Notes: generated by a model from the letters alone, not told the origin. A stretch of 33,967 bases of DNA from Gammaproteobacteria bacterium (GCA_016927175.1 JAFGNC010000373.1:1-33967); one strand, 5' to 3'. Shown: positions 10,795-19,107, numbered from the stretch's first letter. Translations and numbers: made by a program.

Positions 10795-11776
10795 GTGCAG
10801 CACGGCTCCGGCTGCCGTCGTTATCGCCTTGCTGGCCGCCGCGGCTTCGCCTGCGGCGCCCGCACAGAGCGGATTCGGCGACGTCGAGATCGAAACCTGG
10901 CACGTGCGGGACGGGATCTACATGCTGGTCGGCGCCGGCGGCAACGTGACCGTGCAGGTCGGGGAGGACGGCGTGCTGATCGTCGACACGCAGTTCGCCG
11001 AAGTGGGGGACAAGCTGCTCGGGGCGATCAGGGAGCTGTCGGACGGGCCGATCCGCTACATCGTCAATACGCACGCTCATCCCGATCACGTCAGCGGCAA
11101 CGGCGTGCTCGCGCCGGCAGGCAGCACGATTGCCGGAGGGAACGTGGCGGGCGCGATTGCCGACGCCGGCGTCGGGGCGACCGTCATCGCGCACGAGAAC
11201 GTGCTGATCGACATGAGCGGCCAGGACCCCGAGATCCCGTTCGAGGCGTGGCCGACCGATACGTACATCGGCGGGCAGAAGGACCTGTTCTTCAACGGCG
11301 AGGCGGTCCAGATCATGCACCAGCCCGCGGCGCATACCGATGGCGACAGCATCGTTTTCTTCCGGCGCACCGACGTGATCAGCGCCGGCGACGTGTTTTC
11401 CACCACGCTTTACCCGGTGATCCTGCCGGACGGCGGCGGCAGCATCGACGGCGTCGTCGCCGCGCTGAACCGCCTGATCGAGCTGACCGTTCCCGAGGAG
11501 AAGCAGGAGGGGGGCACGATGGTGATTCCCGGGCATGGGCGGCTATCCGACGAAGCGGACGTCGTGGAGTATCGTGATATGGTCACGATCATCCGCGACC
11601 GGATTGCACACATGGTCGAGTCGGGCATGAGCCTCGAGCAGGTCAAGGCCGCCCGCCCCACTCGCGACTACGACGCGCGCTACGGCGCCGACAGCGGTTT
11701 CTGGACCACCGAGCAGTTCGTCGAAGCGGCATACCGAAACTTGGCCGGTAACTCGGCAGAGAAGGGCGGCTTCTGA
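10754..11776 (+). CDS. Secreted MBL-fold metallo-hydrolase
   Basis: Signal-like ...APAAVVIALLAAAASPAAPAQS. HxHxDH motif VNTHAHPDHVSGNG, then AHTDGDS and IPGHG. The start is uncertain (ATG 10754 overlapping gene B, or GTG 10784). Confidence 0.85.
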   Translation: MIRSGIRCPVVRGECSTAPAAVVIALLAAAASPAAPAQSGFGDVEIETWHVRDGIYMLVGAGGNVTVQVGEDGVLIVDTQFAEVGDKLLGAIRELSDGPIRYIVNTHAHPDHVSGNGVLAPAGSTIAGGNVAGAIADAGVGATVIAHENVLIDMSGQDPEIPFEAWPTDTYIGGQKDLFFNGEAVQIMHQPAAHTDGDSIVFFRRTDVISAGDVFSTTLYPVILPDGGGSIDGVVAALNRLIELTVPEEKQEGGTMVIPGHGRLSDEADVVEYRDMVTIIRDRIAHMVESGMSLEQVKAARPTRDYDARYGADSGFWTTEQFVEAAYRNLAGNSAEKGGF

Positions 11777-11811
11777 ACAAGCCCTGCGCCGGCGAACATC
11801 AGGGAAAGGTC

Positions 11812-12720
11812 ATGGCTACCAGAATAGAGAATCGGATCAGGAGCGGGCAGTTCGTCATCACGGCCGAGATCGTGCCGCCGCTGTCGGCGGCGGGTACGCG
11901 TCTGCTCGAGGAGGCCGCGCAACTCGGCGACGGCGTCGACGCGATCAACGTCACCGATGCGGCGGCCGGCAGAACGGCGATGAGCAGTTTCGCCGCCGCG
12001 GCGATCTTGGCCGCCAAGGGGTACGAGCCCGTGCTGCAGGTCACGTGCCGCGACCGTAATCGCATCGCGCTCGCCGGCGATCTGCTCGGAGCCGCGGCGC
12101 AGGGCATCGGCAACCTGCTGATCCTGCACGGCGACGATCCGTCCGGCGGCGACCAGCCCGAAGCGAAGGGCGTGTTCGACCTCGACTCGCGCCAGGTCAT
12201 GCTGCTCGCGAGAACGATGCGCGACGAAGGCAAGCTGCCGTCCGGCCGGGAGATCGAGGAACCGCCGCACTTCTTCATCGGGGGTGCCGACGTCCCTCGC
12301 GATCCGGGACCCGACTTCAGCGCGAAGGGGCTGATCGGCAAGGCGGACGCCGGCGCGAACTTCGTGCAGACGCAGTTCTGCTTCGATCTCGGCGTCGCGC
12401 GGCGCTACATCGAACGTCTGCGTGACGAGGGGCTGATCGAGCGGCTCGGCGTCATCATCGGTGTCGGTCCGATCCGCTCCGCGAAGTCCGCGAGGTGGAT
12501 GAACGAGAACCTGTTCGGCGTGCACGTCCCCGACGATGTGATCCGGCGCCTCGAAGACGCCGACAAGCCCGCCGCCGAGGGGCGGAAGATCTGCGCCGAG
12601 CTGATCGAGGGCCTGCGCGACATCCCCGGCGTGGCCGGCGCTCACATCATGGCGCCGGGCGGGGGGACCGCGGCGATCGCGGAGACGCTGGCGCTGCTGC
12701 CAGTGCGCGACGCGCGCTGA
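11812..12720 (+). CDS. Methylenetetrahydrofolate reductase family protein (non-canonical MetF-like)
   Basis: [51 protein letters not shown] (compare E. coli MetF KVDAGANRAITQFFFD). Confidence 0.8.
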   Translation: MATRIENRIRSGQFVITAEIVPPLSAAGTRLLEEAAQLGDGVDAINVTDAAAGRTAMSSFAAAAILAAKGYEPVLQVTCRDRNRIALAGDLLGAAAQGIGNLLILHGDDPSGGDQPEAKGVFDLDSRQVMLLARTMRDEGKLPSGREIEEPPHFFIGGADVPRDPGPDFSAKGLIGKADAGANFVQTQFCFDLGVARRYIERLRDEGLIERLGVIIGVGPIRSAKSARWMNENLFGVHVPDDVIRRLEDADKPAAEGRKICAELIEGLRDIPGVAGAHIMAPGGGTAAIAETLALLPVRDAR

Positions 12721-12773
12721 CGAAAATTTGCGCGCTCCCGAGTGGCGCGGAAGGTTGGTTGGAGGAGAAACGA

Positions 12774-14354
12774 ATGGTAGCTAAACGCGGATCGTCCGTC
12801 AGTCCGGACGATATCGGCGCAGTCAGATACGATCGGCCGCAGAACGGCGCGGAGTATCTGGAATCATTGAGGGACGGCCGCGAGGTCTACATCTACGGCG
12901 ACCGGGTGGAGGACGTCACGACTCACCCGGCATTCCGCAATACGGCGCGCATGACGGCCCGCCTGTTCGACGCGCTGCACGATCCGGAGCGCAGCGAAAA
13001 GATCCTGCTGCCGACCGACACGGACGGCAGCGGCAGGACACACGCGTTCTTCAAGGCGCCGAAAACGGTCGAGGAGTCGGTTGCCGGCCGCGACGCGATC
13101 GCGGAGTGGCAGCGCATCACCTACGGGTGGATGGGGCGTGCCCCGGACTACAAGGCTTCGTTCCTCGGCACGCTCGGGGGCAACGCGGAGTTCTACGAGC
13201 CCTATCATGAGAACGCGAAGCGCTGGTACACGTATTCGCAGGAGCGCGTGCCCTTCGTGAACCACGCGATCATCCATCCGCCGGTCGACCGGGACAAGCC
13301 GCCCGACCAGGTGGCGGACGTGTGCGTGCACGTGGAGAAAGAGACGGACAGCGGCATCGTCGTGTCCGGGGCGAAAGTCGTCGCGACGGGATCGGTGCTG
13401 ACGAACTACACGTTCATCGCGCATCACGGCCTGATACCGCTCGGCGACAAGAAGTTCGCGCTCGTCTTCATGGTGCCGACGAACGCGCCGGGCGTGAAGT
13501 TTATCTGCCGTACGTCGTACGAGATGACGGCGACGGCCATGGCGAGCCCGTTCGACCAGCCGCTGTCGTCGCGCCTCGACGAGAACGACGCCGTGTTCAT
13601 CATGGACAATGTGTTCATCCCGTGGGAGAACGTGTTCGTCTACGGTGACGTGGAGAAGGCCAACAACTTCTTCCCGCGCACGGGCTTCCTGCCGCGCTTC
13701 GTCGTGCACGGATGCACGCGTCTCGCCGTCAAGCTCGACTTCATCGCCGGACTGCTGCTGAAGGCCGTCGAGGCGGCCGGCACGAAGGACTTCCGCGGCG
13801 TGCAGGCGAACGTCGGGGAGGTGCTCGCGTGGCGCAACATGTTCTGGTCGCTGACGGAAGCCATGGTGCGCAACCCGCAGCCGTGGAAGGGCGACTATCT
13901 GCTGCCGAACATGGATCCGGGCAACGCATACCAGATACTCGCGACGATCGCTTATTCGAAGATCAAGTACATCATCGAGCAGACGGTCGCGTCGGGCCTG
14001 ATCTACCTGAACTCGCATACGCGCGATTTCGCGAACCCCGAGATCCGGCCGTACATCGACAAGTACATGCGGGGCTCCAACGGCTACACGGCCGAGCAGC
14101 GCGCGAAGCTGATGAAGCTGCTGTGGGACTGCATCGGCACGGAGTTCGGCGCACGCCACGAGCTTTACGAGATCAACTACGGCGGCAGCACGGAGGAGAT
14201 CCGGCGTTACGCGCTGTTCAGCGCGATGGGTAACGGCAATGCCGAGCGGCTGCGAGGATTTGCCGAGCAGTGCATGGAGGAGTACGACCTGAACGGCTGG
14301 ACGGTGCCCGATCTGATCAATCCCGACGACCTGTCGGTGCACAACAGGAAATAG
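12774..14354 (+). CDS. HpaB-family (group D) FADH2-dependent aromatic monooxygenase, oxygenase component
   Basis: ATG 12774 follows GGAGGAG (12761-12767). MVAKRGSS...[33 protein letters not shown]...[10 protein letters not shown]...[22 protein letters not shown]... is typical of 4-hydroxyphenylacetate/phenol 3-hydroxylase large components. The track ORF start at 12495 lies inside the MTHFR gene. Confidence 0.85.
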   Translation: MVAKRGSSVSPDDIGAVRYDRPQNGAEYLESLRDGREVYIYGDRVEDVTTHPAFRNTARMTARLFDALHDPERSEKILLPTDTDGSGRTHAFFKAPKTVEESVAGRDAIAEWQRITYGWMGRAPDYKASFLGTLGGNAEFYEPYHENAKRWYTYSQERVPFVNHAIIHPPVDRDKPPDQVADVCVHVEKETDSGIVVSGAKVVATGSVLTNYTFIAHHGLIPLGDKKFALVFMVPTNAPGVKFICRTSYEMTATAMASPFDQPLSSRLDENDAVFIMDNVFIPWENVFVYGDVEKANNFFPRTGFLPRFVVHGCTRLAVKLDFIAGLLLKAVEAAGTKDFRGVQANVGEVLAWRNMFWSLTEAMVRNPQPWKGDYLLPNMDPGNAYQILATIAYSKIKYIIEQTVASGLIYLNSHTRDFANPEIRPYIDKYMRGSNGYTAEQRAKLMKLLWDCIGTEFGARHELYEINYGGSTEEIRRYALFSAMGNGNAERLRGFAEQCMEEYDLNGWTVPDLINPDDLSVHNRK

Positions 14355-14392
14355 TGAGCAAAGACTTGCGCAGCGGGGGGTGAGCTGCGGCG

Positions 14393-14439
14393 GAGAGGGC
14401 AGGCGGAGGCACGAGTGATCGGGCCGAAGCCGCCCTCTC
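14393..14439 (+). terminator. Possible terminator hairpin after the HpaB-like gene (no U-run)
   Basis: GAGAGGGCaGGC (14393-14404) pairs with GCCGCCCTCTC (14429-14439), with one bulged A and a loop of about 24 nt. Confidence 0.3.
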
Positions 14440-14707
14440 GCGCCTTCCGGGAGACCTGGCCCCGGGGCGGTAGAGCGGCATCAAACTAACCCATTATTGG
14501 GTTTGCAATTGCCCGCCTGACCCTATCCGCCAGGGAAAGTCGATGGCCCGAACAACGCGCTACGGCGTCGTGATGGGCTGCGTTCTGCGCATTTTCGCCT
14601 CTACTCGCAGCAGCTCGAAACCATCCGCAGCGCGCTGACGCTGGATCGGCTCCGGCCTCGTTGGGTAGTGAAACGCCGGGGCGTTGTCGCGCAGCGATCG
14701 GTCGAGC

Positions 14708-16468
14708 TCACTCCGGCAGCGCGAACACGTACAGGTTGTTCGCCGTTCCGGGCCGAAGCTCGGGGGTCAGCCGCGTCACGCCGAAGCTGTTCGGCGTGGC
14801 GCCGGTGCTGATCGCGACGTACTGCCGGCCGTCCGCCTCGAACGTGACGGGGAAGCCGGTCACGGACGAGCCGAGATTCACTTCCCACAGCACTTCGCCC
14901 GTGCTCGCGTCGTAGGCGCGGAACCGGCCCGCGACGTCGCCGCCGAAGACGAGCCCGCCTGCCGTCGACATCAGCGACGTCGTGCCGGAGCGATTCTCGA
15001 TCTTCCAGGCCGTCGCGCCGGTCGAGACGTCGATGGCCTCGATCGTGCCGACGTTGCGCTCGCCAGGCGCGATCTGATCGCGCCCGCGGACGGCATACAG
15101 ATCGTCCGGGCTCGGCGTTTCGGACGTCGACGTCATCTCGGAGCACGTGTTCTGGAGCGGGTAGTACATCAGGCCCGTGTCCGGGCTGTACGTGCCCGTG
15201 GGATAGTTCTTTCCGCCCGTCAGGGCAGGACACACGAGCCGCTCCTGACCCGCGGCCGTGAACAGAGTGTCCGGATTCACGGTCGCGGCCCCCGACTCGA
15301 CATTGATGTCTTCGATCACGTTCTGGTGAATGGTCGGCCGCGCCCACAGGAACTGGCCGGTCTCGCGATCGAGCGTGTACACGACGCCGGTTTTGCCGGG
15401 GATGCCGGTCAGCACTTTGCGCGTCTCGCCGGAGCGCACGCGCGGATTGATCCACGTGACGTCGTCGGGATCCGGTGCGACCACCGTGTCGACGATCAGC
15501 CGCTCGAACGGATGGTCGAGATCCCAGTGATCCACGACGTGCTGGAAGTACCACTCGATCTCGCCGGTGTCCGCGTTCAGCGCGAGCGTCGAGTTGTGGT
15601 ACAGGTACTGCTCGTCGTTGCCCGCCAGCATGAACTTCGGTGCCGGCGACGTCACGGACGTGCCGACGTAGACGAGGTTCAGCTCCGGGTCGAAGCTCGG
15701 CACCATCCACGCGCCGACGTGTTTTCGCTCCTCGTACGGGATGTCGCCCCACGTCTCGTCGCCGGGCTCGCCCGGCGCCGGAATCGTGCGCGTTCTCCAC
15801 AGTTCCTCGCCGGTGTCGGCGTCGAAGGCGGTGATGACGCACGCTTCGGGTCCGCCTTCGGGCTCGCAACCGCGACTGGAGATCACCTTGCCGTTCGCGA
15901 CGATCGGGCCGGACGTGTGCTGCGCGCCGCGGCGGTAGTCGAGTATCTGCGTCTCCCACGCGACCTCGCCCGTGCGCGCGTCGAGCGCGTAGGCATAGTT
16001 GTCCGTGCCGTTGTCGAACAGCAGCGTGCCGTGGATCGCGAGGTTGCGGTTGATCGACGGGACCGGGAAATACTCGGCGGCGTCGTCGGGCTGCGGACGG
16101 CGGTATTCCCAGATCAGGTCGCCCGTCGTCGCGTCGATCGCCTGCGTCACGTCGCTCGGGCCTGGAAAGTACATGATGCCGTCGTAGACGAGGGGCGTGC
16201 CTTCCTGGACTCCGATGCTGAGCGGCCGCGTCCACACGAGCGCGAGGTTGCCGACGTTGCCGCGGTCGATCTGCGTCAGCGGACTATGCCCCCAGTGATT
16301 CAGCGTGCGCCGCCACATCAGCCAGTCGGCCGGGTCGGGATTCTGCAGCATCTCGTCGGTGACCGGCTCGAAATCCGCGATGGCCGGCGCCTCGGACGTC
16401 TGAGCCAGCGCGAGACTCCCCGCCAGCGCGGCGGAGACGGACGTGAACAGCAACGACAGGCGGGTCAT
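14708..16468 (-). CDS. PQQ-dependent dehydrogenase (methanol/ethanol quinoprotein family), periplasmic, non-canonical
   Basis: ATG 16468 lies 6 nt after GGAGGA. Signal MTRLSLLFTSVSAALAGSLALA|Q. Eight-bladed propeller hallmarks: repeated DA(T/R)TG(E/D)..W, LNLVYVGT, FQHVVDHWDLD, AIDVSTGATAW, AYDASTGEVLW. The track start at 16747 adds an implausible extension. Confidence 0.9.
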   Translation of the reverse strand: MTRLSLLFTSVSAALAGSLALAQTSEAPAIADFEPVTDEMLQNPDPADWLMWRRTLNHWGHSPLTQIDRGNVGNLALVWTRPLSIGVQEGTPLVYDGIMYFPGPSDVTQAIDATTGDLIWEYRRPQPDDAAEYFPVPSINRNLAIHGTLLFDNGTDNYAYALDARTGEVAWETQILDYRRGAQHTSGPIVANGKVISSRGCEPEGGPEACVITAFDADTGEELWRTRTIPAPGEPGDETWGDIPYEERKHVGAWMVPSFDPELNLVYVGTSVTSPAPKFMLAGNDEQYLYHNSTLALNADTGEIEWYFQHVVDHWDLDHPFERLIVDTVVAPDPDDVTWINPRVRSGETRKVLTGIPGKTGVVYTLDRETGQFLWARPTIHQNVIEDINVESGAATVNPDTLFTAAGQERLVCPALTGGKNYPTGTYSPDTGLMYYPLQNTCSEMTSTSETPSPDDLYAVRGRDQIAPGERNVGTIEAIDVSTGATAWKIENRSGTTSLMSTAGGLVFGGDVAGRFRAYDASTGEVLWEVNLGSSVTGFPVTFEADGRQYVAISTGATPNSFGVTRLTPELRPGTANNLYVFALPE

Positions 16469-16527
16469 CGGGCATCCTCCGCGGGGTGATTCGCCGCATC
16501 TTACCAGTATCGCGTCGCCCGGCTGTT

Positions 16528-16554
16528 CAGCAACGGAATCGAAAGGGGTTGCTG
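16528..16554. promoter_or_regulatory. Inverted repeat CAGCAAC-N13-GTTGCTG in the divergent PQQ-DH / paralog C control region
   Basis: cagcaac at 16528-16534 and gttgctg at 16548-16554, a perfect 7-bp dyad. This is a candidate operator or 5'-UTR hairpin. Confidence 0.3.
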
Positions 16555-16616
16555 CTATGATTCCTGATGCCACGGACGCTCCGACAGCAGCGTACCGGCC
16601 TATTTCGGGGGAGCAC

Positions 16617-17537
16617 ATGACGGACATTCGCACATCCTCTGGCAGGAGCGCCTTGCAGCGGCGGGCTCGGCTGCTCGCGCTCGCGGCGGCGGCCGCCGCC
16701 GTGCCGGCCGCGGCCGACATCAGCCTGCCCGACGGCAAGGAAGGCATGCAGGCCCTCGGCCGCGCGCATCCGACTGCAGAGGCTCTTTACGAGCATTTCA
16801 GGGAACAGGCCGACGGCGGCGATCGCGTCGCGCCGGACGACATGCCGGACTGGTCGGGCGTCTACTCGCGCGGCGGGATCATCTTCAACTTCGACCCCGA
16901 TCAGGGCACGGACCGCCTGCCGACCGCGAAGCTGACGGAGGAGTACGAGCAGCGCCTCTCCGAGAAGCTCGATCGGCTGGAACGCGGTATCGAGTACGAC
17001 CGGTTGAGCGAGTGCGCGCCGCCGGGTCATCCGCGCTGGCTGACGGAGCCCTTCCTGCGCGAGTTCGTGCCGACACCGGATCAGACATGGCTGATCAACG
17101 AGATGGTCAACGACATCCGGCGCGTGTATACGGACGGTCGCGGCCACGTGCCGGAGGCCGACCGCTACCCGCTGTACAACGGAGATTCGATCGGCTTCTG
17201 GGACGAAGGCAGGCTCGTCGTGCACACGAACCAGCTGATGGCGGGGCAGTACCAGCGCACGCAGCCGGATTATTCGGAACAGGTCGAGACGGTCGAGATC
17301 TGGGAGAAGGTCGACGAGCGCAACCTCGTCGCGCACGTCTGGGTGTACGATCCGCCGGCGCTCGAGGAGCCCTGGTACGCGAAGCAGACCTACACGAAGC
17401 TCAGCGACCCCGATCGTCGCCTGCGCATTCGGTACTGGCACTGCGACGAGAATCCCAACAACGAGGTGGAGCGGACCGACGAAGGGTCTTCGCAGTTTCG
17501 GGACTTCACCTTCACGGACGAAGACGACTCCCCCTAG
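16617..17537 (+). CDS. Secreted protein of unknown function, paralog C
   Basis: MTDIRTSSGRSALQRRARLLALAAAAAAVPAAA (RR-containing, possibly Tat). Family module: SECAPPGHP ... YNGDSIGFWDEGRLVVHTNQL ... VYDPPALEEP ... YWHCDEN. The alternative start is ATG 16557. Confidence 0.75.
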   Translation: MTDIRTSSGRSALQRRARLLALAAAAAAVPAAADISLPDGKEGMQALGRAHPTAEALYEHFREQADGGDRVAPDDMPDWSGVYSRGGIIFNFDPDQGTDRLPTAKLTEEYEQRLSEKLDRLERGIEYDRLSECAPPGHPRWLTEPFLREFVPTPDQTWLINEMVNDIRRVYTDGRGHVPEADRYPLYNGDSIGFWDEGRLVVHTNQLMAGQYQRTQPDYSEQVETVEIWEKVDERNLVAHVWVYDPPALEEPWYAKQTYTKLSDPDRRLRIRYWHCDENPNNEVERTDEGSSQFRDFTFTDEDDSP

Positions 17538-17569
17538 GGAAGCTCCGCGGGGGCTGTGCAGAGCTTCCC
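17537..17569. terminator. Bidirectional terminator hairpin between convergent genes C and D
   Basis: GGGAAGCTC (17537-17545) / GAGCTTCCC (17561-17569), a 9-bp perfect stem with a 15-nt loop, in the 47-nt convergent spacer. No clear U-run. Confidence 0.5.
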
Positions 17570-17584
17570 TGGCGCACCGAAGGG

Positions 17585-18673
17585 CTACTCGAACAGCTCC
17601 GAGTAGTCCTTCATGTTCTCGGCGCAGACGTATTCGCCGATTTCCCACTCCGGATGCAGCACGAGGTCGCCCCGGTATTCGACCGGCTCGGCGAACACGT
17701 TCGGGTCGGTGACGACGGCCTGGTATTCGATGACGTCGCGCGACGTGCGGCGGTAGCGCTCCGTGACGCGCATGGCCTCGGTGTGCCGATGCCCGCTGAC
17801 GATCGTCTTGTCGTTGAAGCTCGACACCTCGACGACCAGCGTGTCCCCGTCCCAGCGTCCGACCGAATAACCCATCCACAACGGGTCGAGATCGTCCGGC
17901 GCGCTCCTGCCGATCGGAATGATCCTGAACAGGTTATAGGCCTCGTACAGAATCACGACCACGTCGGGCCGCGCGACGATCTGCAGCGGATAGGGCATCA
18001 TCGTCGCGGCCGGCACGCCCGGCGGCAGACACAGCGCGCCCTGGCCGAGATCGTCGTCCCGTTGCGGCACGCGGAAACGCTCGGCGCCAGGGCGCAGCGA
18101 CACCGGATCGGCGAGCCGTACGCCGCGGCCGCCGAGGTAGACGCCGGACAGGTCGGGTTTACCGTCGGCGAGGCGCGGTATGTCGCGTTGCCGCGCGTCC
18201 GGCTCGGCGGACGATACCGCCGCGGGCACCGCGCCTTCGACCGTGACCGTCACGGATTCGCGTTCCTCGCCGTCGGAGCCGGTCACGGTCAGCGTATAGG
18301 TCGTCGTGCGAGCGGGCGTGACGGTGGCCGAGCCGCGCGTCGCGACGGCGCCGACGTCGGGTGCGATGGTCAGCGAAAAGGCGTTCAGACCTTCCCACGT
18401 AAGGGTCGTGCTGTCGCCGGCCCGGAGCCGGGCCGGCTCTGCGCGAAACGACACGATCTCGGCCGGCGGCCCCTGCGGCGCCTCGCCGGGGAAGCCGGTC
18501 GGCGGCGGCGCCTGCGCGCCGGCGCAGGCGCACCAGGCGACAGCGGCGGTCAGAATCGACGCGACGGCCGCCGCGTGCCGGCGATGGCGCGCGCCGCCGG
18601 CGCGGCGCGCGTTCGGGCTCGCGGCGCACGCGTCAAGACGCTCGGCGTTCGCGGACAGATGTCGGGCGCGCAC
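17585..18673 (-). CDS. Secreted protein, N-terminal Ig-like beta-sandwich domain + paralog D of the unknown family
   Basis: The track ORF (to 18943) would overlap the DUF6152-like gene. GTG 18673 lies 7 nt after GAGGG and gives VRARHLSAN...RHAAAVASILTAAVAWCACAGA. Ig-like: IVSFRAEPARLRAGDSTTLTWEGLNAFSLTIAPDVGAV...TTTYTLTVTG. Family module: ALCLPPGVP ... WMGYSVGRWDGDTLVVEVSSF ... VTDPNVFAEP ... EYVCAEN. Confidence 0.7.
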   Translation of the reverse strand: MRARHLSANAERLDACAASPNARRAGGARHRRHAAAVASILTAAVAWCACAGAQAPPPTGFPGEAPQGPPAEIVSFRAEPARLRAGDSTTLTWEGLNAFSLTIAPDVGAVATRGSATVTPARTTTYTLTVTGSDGEERESVTVTVEGAVPAAVSSAEPDARQRDIPRLADGKPDLSGVYLGGRGVRLADPVSLRPGAERFRVPQRDDDLGQGALCLPPGVPAATMMPYPLQIVARPDVVVILYEAYNLFRIIPIGRSAPDDLDPLWMGYSVGRWDGDTLVVEVSSFNDKTIVSGHRHTEAMRVTERYRRTSRDVIEYQAVVTDPNVFAEPVEYRGDLVLHPEWEIGEYVCAENMKDYSELFE

Positions 18674-18696
18674 GCTCGAGCCCTCGACACGCACGA

Positions 18697-19107
18697 TCAG
18701 ACCCTCGACCAGACGCGCAGCTGCGTGCCGTCGTCGAGCTCGACGATCGCACCGCGCATCGCGGGGGCGCCCGACTTCGCCGGCGCACCCGTGCACTTGA
18801 TCGTGTCGCCCGCTTCGACCGTGCTCTGACGCCAGCCGTAGCGGCGCAGCAGCACTGGCGGGTCGAGCTCCATGGACCACTCGACGAGGGTGCCGTCGTC
18901 CTGCTGGGCCTCGAAGAACACGAAAACGTGCGGGCTCGTCCACTCGACTCGCGACACGACGCCTTCGACGTCGATCAGGTTGTCGGTGTCGTACATCGCG
19001 ATCGAATGGTGCGCGGCGGCCGGCGCCGCGGAGGCGAGCGCGCAGAGCAGGACCGGGATGAGCCTGCCGGCGCGCTGCGTCCGGCTCGTCTTCTTCGTGT
19101 CGTTCAT
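18697..19107 (-). CDS. DUF6152-like small secreted protein
   Basis: MNDTKKTSRTQRAGRLIPVLLCALASAAPAAA|HHSIAMYD...VEGVVSRVEWTSPHVFVFF...RRYGWRQSTVEAGDTI. The AHHS(F/I)A..D ... W.(N/S)PH pattern is what I recall for DUF6152 proteins. Confidence 0.7.
   Translation of the reverse strand: MNDTKKTSRTQRAGRLIPVLLCALASAAPAAAHHSIAMYDTDNLIDVEGVVSRVEWTSPHVFVFFEAQQDDGTLVEWSMELDPPVLLRRYGWRQSTVEAGDTIKCTGAPAKSGAPAMRGAIVELDDGTQLRVWSRV

Noticed and set aside
14455-14520. tRNA-like or att-site-like sequence (GGCGGTAGAGC... CCGCC)
   Set aside because: The GGTAGAGC resemblance to a D-arm is isolated. No cloverleaf, T-loop (GTTCRANYC) or acceptor pairing can be drawn, and no integrase or direct repeat is nearby.
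14543-14638. 31-codon ORF MARTTRYGVVMGCVLRIFASTRSSSKPSAAR as a type I toxin-like small protein
   Set aside because: The hydrophobic stretch is too short and is interrupted by Arg, so it cannot form a TM helix. No antisense RNA features are evident. It is kept only as part of the spacer finding.
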